DNA of 64,000 bases from a virus: the IMG/VR virus record IMGVR_UViG_3300019360_000001. One strand, given 5' to 3'. How positions within the stretch are numbered: position 1 is the stretch's first letter; each line of letters opens with the position of its first letter. The notes beneath the pieces are model-generated. The model was not told where the DNA came from. It saw only the letters and a list, made by a program, of their open reading frames with translations, and did not search any database. The translations under genes and the position numbers were made by a program. This document shows positions 30,735 through 38,684 of the stretch, piece by piece.

Positions 30735-31594
30735 ATACCAAAATTTTCGTTAAGTGTAAGCCCTATAAGGACTTAGAACGTTATAGAGTTCTCATGAGAT
30801 GTCCAAATGCCTACTTTTTGTCATGGTTGAGTACACCTAGCAAATGCTAGACCTAGCAAACTTCTTCATGTACATATTTGGGACTATACATAAAAGGTTT
30901 CAACTTAAAAGCTTATGTAAACCTATTTAAGGTGATTCCTAAATAGTTCATCCATCAATACATATAACAAACCAATATAAATGGTAATAGAAGCACAAGA
31001 TACAAGATGATGGATGTGATTTATGGTAAGATGTTGTAAATAAAGGACTTATGACTTTCACCCTTTTCGCCATTTTTTTGTCATAAACCCTTACCACATA
31101 AGCACTTATGACGTTTTGATTTAACCTTTTGGGCTGGTTAATTCACGTTCAAAACTAGGCAAAAAAGTAATGGAATGGAGTATTTTCGTTACGATCTATT
31201 ATATTGTGGGTATATTTTACATTAAATAGTAAAAAAGATGTGCAATGATGGGTGAATCCGCATCGATTTTCGAGAACTGGCCTAAAACTTGCAAGGATGA
31301 AAAATCGTGCCAGACCATTTTTGCTTCGTAAACCCTTACTACATCAAGACTTACAGCTTAACATTTCCGCAATCTGCCGTTATTAACTTTTGGAAAAAGC
31401 ATGGGCATTCTCCCGCCTCGAAGGCCCATCAAAGGCTCAATTTAATTTATCATGGCCGAAAAATATGTCAAGTCAAAAAAATTTGTAAAAACTTTGGGCA
31501 AATAATAGAGTAACATTGTAAAATGTTACATTTTGCAATGTTAAATCTACAAAAAGTTTAGGGCCGGCGATAAGCCGGCCCTTTGTCGAACATG

Positions 31595-31816
31595 CTAACC
31601 CAGATTGATTCTGCCCACAATTTCCTTGGCAAGAATCCCATAGAACCTCTCCGAGGTTTTCCATTCTGTGCAGGGCACATGAGGAAACATCTTTTTAATC
31701 GCTTCAAGCTCATGCCCATCGGCTTGAACTTCGAAAACTGTTTGCACTGGATGGTTTGCCTTTTCGCCGACATGCCATTCCGTGACATCTCCTTTGTTTG
31801 AGACAATATACATCAT
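31595..31816 (-). CDS. hypothetical protein (GC-richer island)
   Basis: AAAGG SD; shares a 26-nt leader with the 30362..30661 gene. Confidence 0.65.
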   Translation of the reverse strand: MMYIVSNKGDVTEWHVGEKANHPVQTVFEVQADGHELEAIKKMFPHVPCTEWKTSERFYGILAKEIVGRINLG

Positions 31817-32533
31817 TTTGGACCTTTCTGGGCTTTTCGCCCTAAGTTATGGTTGTGGCATTATTTAAAGCAACTAGAGGGTTAAACTTTTGCCGTAAGT
31901 CTAATCTCCGCATATCCTTCGGAAGCCTTTTCTTTGAAGGCTTTTAAGGCTTCCTTGAAACTTTCAAAATCTTCGACTGTTTCAAAGTCTTTTTGCTCAA
32001 ACTTACGGAAGGAAACCGAAAAACGAACAAAATCGTTGATGTCAAACATTTTTCCCCTTTCCTATAATACCGTTTGTCTTCAAGGTATCGACCCTGTCCA
32101 AGGTATCCTTGACTACGTTGTCGATTGAATTGGTCTTCTTTAGAAGAGTATACATGTCCAAATAAAGTTCAAGAATTTCGGTTTTTGTCAATTTTTTGAA
32201 CTGTCGCATAAATAAATCATACTGTGTCTCAAACATTATAGGACTCCTCTACTAGAAGACCTTTCGAGCCTACCCTGCCCGGACGGGGGGCGAAGATTCG
32301 CCACGGTGACAGGATCAACTGGGTTAACTTTCGCAATTCTTCCAGGTCTCCTTGAATCGACAGCTGGCCATTGATTTCCAGAGTGTACATTATTTCCTAA
32401 GTCCTTTCCGTACCTTAATTTGGAGTGCCTGAAACCGAACCTTCAGCTCTGCTATTCTCTTTTTGCTCTCCGAAACCTTAGCTATAAGCTCTTCGAAGTG
32501 CTTTTCCATTTTTCTCCCTTCGTTATTGATTAA

Positions 32534-32548
32534 GCATGAATCGTGCCG
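32534..32548 (-). promoter_or_regulatory. sigma-54-like -24/-12 promoter
   Basis: CGGCACGATTCATGC upstream of MEKHFEEL ORF. Confidence 0.6.
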
Positions 32549-32664
32549 TTCTCCTAAGTTCTTATTTTTCGTTGCCCCTAACCGTCTAACCAAGACTTAT
32601 GGCTCGAAAAACTGTCAGATGTCCTAACATCTTTCATGTATGAAAAACATACAGTTGATTGCCT

Positions 32665-32693
32665 AAAAAAAGGGAACCGTATTAGGTTCCCTT
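32665..32693 (-). terminator. intrinsic terminator
   Basis: AGGGAACC-TAATAC-GGTTCCCT hairpin plus T run after 32707 ORF. Confidence 0.75.
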
Positions 32694-32706
32694 GAAGTCA
32701 GATTTC

Positions 32707-33228
32707 TTACCTTCCGAATCTGGAAATCCGAGGAAAACAAGCTTCAACTTGTTTCGGCGAAAGGGGATACGTATATTTCCTGTCCTTTTTCGACTTTAGC
32801 CAACTTAAGACTTGTTCGCACAAGTTCTTGCGGAATTCGGAACGGAATTTTCGGACCTTCATCAGCTGGAAAACCGCTTCTTTTCTATCAAAGTCGAGAG
32901 TTCCCAACAGTTTGACGATTCTTCCAGCCTGAAATTTGCCGTGGTGAAGGAAGTCCACAATTCGCTTGCGGAAAATCTCGCTTTGAATCTTCTTAGCTTG
33001 TTTGTAGGCATGCCATTGAAACGCTTTGTAGGCCTCGGAGGTCTTGTCTATTTTGGGGGGTGAAACGTAATCAAAAGCATCTGTGCCTACTGGAATTGTC
33101 TCTGGCCACTGTAAGTTGAAATTCCATACGGTGATGGAATCTTCATAGATCGCCCAGTCGTTGTTCCATTTACGACAGAAGGCAACGATTCTGCCTTCAT
33201 TTGCCGTAAGTATGTCTTGCGCTTTCAT
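32707..33228 (-). CDS. hypothetical protein (GC-richer island)
   Basis: AAGGA SD; FRSEFRKNLCEQVLSWL...YPLSPKQ tail recurrent in large phages. Confidence 0.7.
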   Translation of the reverse strand: MKAQDILTANEGRIVAFCRKWNNDWAIYEDSITVWNFNLQWPETIPVGTDAFDYVSPPKIDKTSEAYKAFQWHAYKQAKKIQSEIFRKRIVDFLHHGKFQAGRIVKLLGTLDFDRKEAVFQLMKVRKFRSEFRKNLCEQVLSWLKSKKDRKYTYPLSPKQVEACFPRISRFGR

Positions 33229-33489
33229 TTGTGTTCCTTTCATTCGCAAAGACTTGTTTCAGTTGTTCTTACGTCAACAAAAAGGTTTCCTTTTCCGTAA
33301 ACCTTTTCCAGGATTTGGACTGCTTCAAGTGCTTCTCTCATTGTTCCGTAAGACAAGCAAAGGAATACCGATTCCACGTAACCTGTCTCATCTTCTTCGT
33401 TTAGGTAAACGTTATATCCTTCCATGGGTTTCCTTTATAGCCTAATGGGAATAAGGGGGAATGTTTACCATTCCCCCATTCAACCTTTG

Positions 33490-33645
33490 CTAGATCGACC
33501 AGTAAGGGGACCGCAAGGTGAGCGCACGAATACCGATGTAACCGGTTTCGATCGCCCACATCTCCCGGATGATGTTGTTGGGCGACTTGCTGACAGAAGC
33601 CCAGTATTTCGTCAACATCTTCAGGCGCTTGACGGCATTGACCAT
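33490..33645 (-). CDS. 51-aa hypothetical protein MVNAVKRLKM...
   Basis: Strong SD AAGGAG; first ORF after the 33752 promoter; not in ORF track. Confidence 0.6.
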   Translation of the reverse strand: MVNAVKRLKMLTKYWASVSKSPNNIIREMWAIETGYIGIRALTLRSPYWSI

Positions 33646-33751
33646 TTGCACTCCTTTATCCGAGAATCGCCTTAAGGTAAGTCAGAAGGTAAATCACCAT
33701 TACGATTGCTGGCGTTACCATTAGGATTTTGATTCTCATAATGATGGAATA

Positions 33752-33766
33752 GCATCTTCTATGCCA
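33752..33766 (-). promoter_or_regulatory. sigma-54-like -24/-12 promoter
   Basis: TGGCATAGAAGATGC; palindrome at 33772-33796. Confidence 0.65.
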
Positions 33767-34076
33767 AAAACTAAATCCTTATATTATAAAGACTTAGGTT
33801 TTAGAATAGGAAGGAAATGACAGTTTTAGGCGTCAAATTTTGTCTATTTTGCCATTTAATACCACATGGAAACGGTTTGAATGTCTTCCCGAAATCATTT
33901 TCTCTCTATATAAGTCGCCCTTCCACCAAACAAAGCATAAAGCGAGACAAACAAAAGGGTTAATGTTAAAGTCGGAACCGTAAAGGTAGTCTCGCCATTT
34001 GACACATCGTAAAAGGTCGGGAAAATGTGTCGAATCACGGGTTATATCCTTTTTTCTTCTTTCAATGGGATCATAC

Positions 34077-34091
34077 GCATCTTCTATGCCA
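34077..34091 (-). promoter_or_regulatory. sigma-54-like -24/-12 promoter
   Basis: TGGCATAGAAGATGC, identical to 33752 copy; palindrome at 34097-34121. Confidence 0.6.
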
Positions 34092-34312
34092 TCCTTTCTA
34101 CGCTTGAATCTAAAGGGTTTACGTTACTAGCCCTTCCCAAAACCAAGCGAAACGTCAAATGTCTGTACATCCCAGGTTTTCATAAGTCCTTATGGGATAA
34201 CGTTTCACATGGCAAAAATGGGATTTCGCCTATAGCAAAACACAAAATTCCATATAGGCAAAAATTACTTACGGATTTATTATACTTAGGACACATTCAA
34301 TTAGGCCTACTT

Positions 34313-34353
34313 GCATCTTTTATGCCACTTTATTACATGCAATATTTGTTCCA
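34313..34353 (-). promoter_or_regulatory. two tandem sigma-54-like -24/-12 motifs
   Basis: TGGCATAAAAGATGC (34313-34327) and TGGAACAAATATTGC (34339-34353). Confidence 0.55.
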
Positions 34354-34546
34354 TCCCATCATTTCCCTAACCTATTACCACATCAAACAATAAACTTACC
34401 ATAAAGAACCGTACCAAAGACACAAGCTTGTCTGAGATGCTAAGTTGTTATATTGAAAGGACTTAGGGGAGGGTTTTTGGAATTCGTGATTTGATTGATG
34501 CGAAAAACGCCGGGGGGACTCACACAAAACATACACCCCCTATCTT

Positions 34547-34640
34547 AGTATCGTACTAACATACCAGTATCATACTAACATGCTCATACTAATATGTCTT
34601 TATATTTTAGTATTAATTATTAGGGGAGTATCGTACTAAC
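34547..34640. repeat. direct repeats AGTATCRTACTAAC at strand-switch point
   Basis: Copies at 34547, 34566, 34627 and partial at about 34584. Confidence 0.8.
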
Positions 34641-34681
34641 TTTGCTGTAATAAGCATGTCCCTCTTATGGATAAGTAGAGT

Positions 34682-34789
34682 ATGTACAAAATAAATATAC
34701 CAATTGAGTTTATTAATTTACGCTTAAAAAGTGGCCTTATGAAAATAATAGACAAAAATTCGATGAAGGGCATTTATTATGTTTTATGA
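34682..34789 (+). CDS. 35-aa mini-protein, GIYY-tag family (ends KGIYYVL)
   Basis: MYKINIPIEFINLRLKSGLMKIIDKNSMKGIYYVL*; below ORF-track cutoff. Confidence 0.65.
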   Translation: MYKINIPIEFINLRLKSGLMKIIDKNSMKGIYYVL

Positions 34790-35039
34790 TCCTATTCTAT
34801 CCAAAGTAGATAAAGAATTAAAGAATAAATTGCCAAAATATTTTTATATTTACAATTCGCATTTTAAGTCCAATAAAGATTTAAGTATGTCTTATTGCTT
34901 GGATAATGAATATTTTATAATAACAGTAAATTTAGAGCAATTACCTGAAATTACTCATCATAATAGAGTAAGTTTTATCACAACCAAGATAATTGAACAA
35001 ATAGCGACTCGTAAAAAAGGGCTTTATTATATTTTATAA
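34779..35039 (+). CDS. hypothetical protein, GIYY-tag family (ends KGLYYIL)
   Basis: Tag; non-Cys body. Confidence 0.78.
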   Translation: MFYDPILSKVDKELKNKLPKYFYIYNSHFKSNKDLSMSYCLDNEYFIITVNLEQLPEITHHNRVSFITTKIIEQIATRKKGLYYIL

Positions 35040-35042
35040 GGT

Positions 35043-35315
35043 ATGTATATGCCATATGTTTTTATAGCAAGTATTCAGAAAAGAATAAGGCGAATATTAC
35101 CGATGTTTTATATCGAAGATGTACTGCCAGTTGAAAATAAAACAGAGATACATTACGGAATATATATTTTGCCCAATGTTGTGCTTGGTGATAAAATAAA
35201 AATAGATGAAACTCCGTGGCTTGAAAAGCCATACGAACAAATGGAAGATTTTATAGTTAAAGAAATAATGGCAAAAATACAAACAACAAAAAAAGGAATT
35301 TATTATATACTATGA
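35043..35315 (+). CDS. hypothetical protein, GIYY-tag family (ends KGIYYIL)
   Basis: Tag; non-Cys body. Confidence 0.78.
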   Translation: MYMPYVFIASIQKRIRRILPMFYIEDVLPVENKTEIHYGIYILPNVVLGDKIKIDETPWLEKPYEQMEDFIVKEIMAKIQTTKKGIYYIL

Positions 35316-35463
35316 ATAAAAAATGCGAAAAATGCCAAAATAATTTTTCCACTAATTTCCCTAACAAAAGGTTTTGCTGTGCAAGATGTAGGGAGGCGAG
35401 TTCGAGACGCCGCAATTACAGCTACCAAAAGGAGTATATGAGAAAATTTAGGAGCAAAGAAAA

Positions 35464-35784
35464 ATGATGACATCAATATACTGTGATCCAAAGATTATTA
35501 AATTAATACAAGATAGCTTTACTGATGCAGATTTATCAATGATGCAAGTACATTATTCGTACAAAAACACATATTTTACAGGAATGGTATGTATTGGAGA
35601 TATACCATTTTTCTTAGATGTTGAAATAAGAGACATTAATAAAAAAGAAGATATGTACAAAGATTCTGTAATTAAACAAATAGTTAATGAGATAGAAAAT
35701 AAATACAAACAAGTAAAGGGAAAAATTGCTAAAAAGAAAGCCAAAGAATTAGCAAAAACTAACGGTATATATTTTGCTAGATGA
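35464..35784 (+). CDS. hypothetical protein, GIYY-tag family (ends NGIYFAR)
   Basis: Tag; non-Cys body. Confidence 0.78.
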   Translation: MMTSIYCDPKIIKLIQDSFTDADLSMMQVHYSYKNTYFTGMVCIGDIPFFLDVEIRDINKKEDMYKDSVIKQIVNEIENKYKQVKGKIAKKKAKELAKTNGIYFAR

Positions 35785-36092
35785 ATACTTTATATGGTTT
35801 TATTATGAAAGAAATTAATATAAGCACAGAAAAGATAGTCAAATTAATTACCAACTATTTGCCTAAGATTAAAGAAGTATCTATTACATGTGAGGCTGAA
35901 AAAGAAATTCTTATGATATATTGTGAAGCGAAATATGGGGGAATAAATATTCAGACATCTATCTCTTATACAAAATATGACCTTAGATTTTCTAGTTTTG
36001 ATATAAACTCGTTAATCTATGGCGCATTAGTTAGTGGTATATTGTTAAAACTTAAAAACTACGAAATGAAAGGGGTTTATTATGAGCGATAA
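35781..36092 (+). CDS. hypothetical protein, GIYY-tag family (ends KGVYYER)
   Basis: Tag; non-Cys body. Confidence 0.78.
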   Translation: MNTLYGFIMKEINISTEKIVKLITNYLPKIKEVSITCEAEKEILMIYCEAKYGGINIQTSISYTKYDLRFSSFDINSLIYGALVSGILLKLKNYEMKGVYYER

Positions 36093-36163
36093 TTTAGTAA
36101 AATATGTAGCTGTGTTATGGATATTAATGTCCATCTTATGTTTTTAAAGGAAAGGAACAAAAT

Positions 36164-36433
36164 ATGAAGGAAGTTGTAAGGCTTTTAGTTTTAACTATTT
36201 TAGGTTTTCTTGTTGGGTTTTTCATGACTAAATTTTTGTTTGCCGATACTATTTTCTTGCATAATGGCAATGTTATAAAAGGCACAGTAATGGCTCCTCC
36301 TAACAAAGATAGTCAAAAAATACATGTTTACTTTTATAACGAGGGTAAAGGCGGAACTGTTATTCTAGACAAGAAACAAGTAAAGAAAATTGTAGTAGAT
36401 GGGAAAGATAGTACAATAAACGATGGCAAATAA
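36164..36433 (+). CDS. exported small beta protein
   Basis: Signal peptide ending LFA followed by DTIFLHNGNVIKGTV. Confidence 0.6.
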   Translation: MKEVVRLLVLTILGFLVGFFMTKFLFADTIFLHNGNVIKGTVMAPPNKDSQKIHVYFYNEGKGGTVILDKKQVKKIVVDGKDSTINDGK

Positions 36434-36449
36434 TTATCTTTTCCTATTA

Positions 36450-36562
36450 AAACCCTGAACGTTTAGTTCAGGGATAAACATCGGTAACAATTTCTACTTT
36501 TCTCTAATATATTAACTATGCGAAAAACATTCAACTCTTCTAATAAATGCGACGATCTTAAG
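36450..36562 (+). mobile_element. possible IS200/IS605 left-end remnant
   Basis: Hairpin CCCTGAAC-GTTTA-GTTCAGGG followed by a short ORF starting MRKTF, like a TnpB N-terminus. Confidence 0.4.
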
Positions 36563-36586
36563 ACTCATAATGAATAAAGGACAAAC

Positions 36587-37042
36587 ATGGAAATATCAAA
36601 ATTTCAGGGCGAATATAGATTCCTATCTAACTTTTGGTCCGCCACAGTTGAATTTGATGGTTTGATTTACAAATCGGTTGAACATGCATATCAAGCAGCA
36701 AAAACTTTGGATCAAGATATCAGACTAAAAATTAGAGATTTAAACTCTCCGGGAGATGCCAAGCGTTTTGCCAAAACTTTCAAGTTGCGTTCTGATTGGG
36801 AACAAGTAAAATTGGAAATAATGGAAGATTTGGTAAGGCAAAAATTTACTAATCATTCATATCTTTGCAAAAGACTTTTGGGTACTGAGGGATTTGAACT
36901 TATTGAGGGTAATACTTGGAATGATACTTTTTGGGGTGTTTGTAATGGAAAAGGAGAAAATAATTTAGGCAAAATATTAATGAAAGTGCGCAAAGAAATT
37001 AAACAACATCGGAAATTAAGACTAAAGGATGGTGATATATGA
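36587..37042 (+). CDS. NADAR (YbiA-like) family protein
   Basis: FLSNFW, SVEHAYQAAK, KF..H, LIEGNTWNDTFWG..NNLGKILM. Confidence 0.9.
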   Translation: MEISKFQGEYRFLSNFWSATVEFDGLIYKSVEHAYQAAKTLDQDIRLKIRDLNSPGDAKRFAKTFKLRSDWEQVKLEIMEDLVRQKFTNHSYLCKRLLGTEGFELIEGNTWNDTFWGVCNGKGENNLGKILMKVRKEIKQHRKLRLKDGDI

Positions 37043-37952
37043 AGAAATTATTAAAGAATAAAAAAATTCCATCTATAGTTTTTAATGAAGAAGATTTGGT
37101 TGGTTTAATTGATTCGGTAATAGGTCGTTTACAAGAAGTACAGAAAACTGCTGAGTCTATGGGATTTAACAATATTTGTTTAGATGTTTTTTCCTATGAA
37201 GGGATTAGTGTAGAAATTACTGGCGACAGATATGAAACCGATGTTGAGATTAAGAAAAGATTATTAAAAAGTAAAAAAATTAAACAAAGCAAGATAGATA
37301 GAGAGTACAAGGAATACAATAGACTAAAGGCTAAATTTGGAAAGTAATTTTTTAAGCACGGATGATTCAACGTTTTTACGTAAAAAATACCTATAAGCAA
37401 AGGATAGTAAAGGCGTTACGAATGAGTAGCTTAATGGGCGATATTAAGGAGAAATAATGTTAAAGCCAGATAAAGACCTTAACCAAGGTCTTACGATAAT
37501 TAAAAGAAACGGTAGAATTACAGACGATGATTATGGTCAGATTTTGGCTATGCTTGCGATTGCATTTGCAATAGATAAATTGCAAAGCAATGGTCCATCT
37601 TTACAGTTCAAATCAATAATAGAAGAGCTACAAGGGCTATATGGTTTCTACTTTGTGGAAACCAATCAAGGGGCAAAATGAATTTGAATGACATTAATTC
37701 TTGGTTAATTTTATTTTTGTTTTTACATTGTATATATATTAATTATAAGTATTATTTTCTTAAGAAATCTTTAAAAAGATCTATAGAGGCAAATTTTTTA
37801 ACATTTGAGGCGTTAAAATCTTTTGTTGGGATATATAAATCTTTTATACAGGATTTATTTTTATATCTTGAAATGATATATTCTACTAATATAAACAAAG
37901 ATAGTATTGTACCAGATTCTGATATTCCTGGCCCAATAGATGAGATAAAATA

Positions 37953-38684
37953 ATGAAAAAAAGAAAATTTAAGAAGCAGCACAAAACAATTGTTGGCGAA
38001 GTTCTACAAGTTAAGGGCAATTACAATAAAAATTTGTGGCGAAGAAACATAGAGCCAAAAGGAGATAGGCAAAAGAAGTATTTAGAATTAATAAAGTCAA
38101 AAGATATAATTTTTGGAATAGGTCCTGCGGGTACTGGCAAAAGTCTTTTGGCTTGTAATTCTGCCATCGAACTTTTAATAGAAAGAAAAGCATCAAAGAT
38201 AATTTTGTGCAGACCAGTAGTTGAGTCTGGAGAACGACTTGGATATTTACCTGGAGATATTGAGCAAAAATTAAATCCTTATCTTCGTCCTTTGTACGAC
38301 TGTCTTTCTTATATATTTACACCAAACATAATAAATGGAATGGTGGAAGATAAAACTATAGAAATTTTGCCACTGGCCTTTACAAGAGGAATAACATTTA
38401 AGAAATCTGTTGTTATTTTAGATGAGGCACAAAACTGTACAGTGGAACAAATGAAAATGTTTTTAACAAGGCTAGGAGAAGGATCTAAGTTGATTATCAA
38501 TGGAGATGTTACTCAAGTAGACCTTGAGCATAAAAAGTCAGGATTACAAGAAGCATATAACCAACTTTGTTCTCATCCTAAGGGAGGTGTTATAGATGAA
38601 ATTGGTTCTGTTCTATTCTTAAAAGAAGACATAATAAGACATCCGGTAGTGGCTAAGATTATTGAAAAGTGGAACGGATTCTAA
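37953..38684 (+). CDS. phoH: PhoH-family ATPase
   Basis: GPAGTGKS, LGYLPGD, RGITF, LDEAQN, LTRLG, GDVTQVD, RHPVV. Confidence 0.95.
   Translation: MKKRKFKKQHKTIVGEVLQVKGNYNKNLWRRNIEPKGDRQKKYLELIKSKDIIFGIGPAGTGKSLLACNSAIELLIERKASKIILCRPVVESGERLGYLPGDIEQKLNPYLRPLYDCLSYIFTPNIINGMVEDKTIEILPLAFTRGITFKKSVVILDEAQNCTVEQMKMFLTRLGEGSKLIINGDVTQVDLEHKKSGLQEAYNQLCSHPKGGVIDEIGSVLFLKEDIIRHPVVAKIIEKWNGF

Noticed and set aside
34547-34640. CRISPR mini-array
   Set aside because: Irregular spacing and 14-bp units; better explained as binding sites.
1731-36092. Tag as outer-membrane beta-signal or proteasome HbYX motif
   Set aside because: The register resembles G-x-x-Y-x-F, but the last residue is variable (L, R, K, D, S), the proteins lack signal peptides, and Tyr is not penultimate as HbYX requires.
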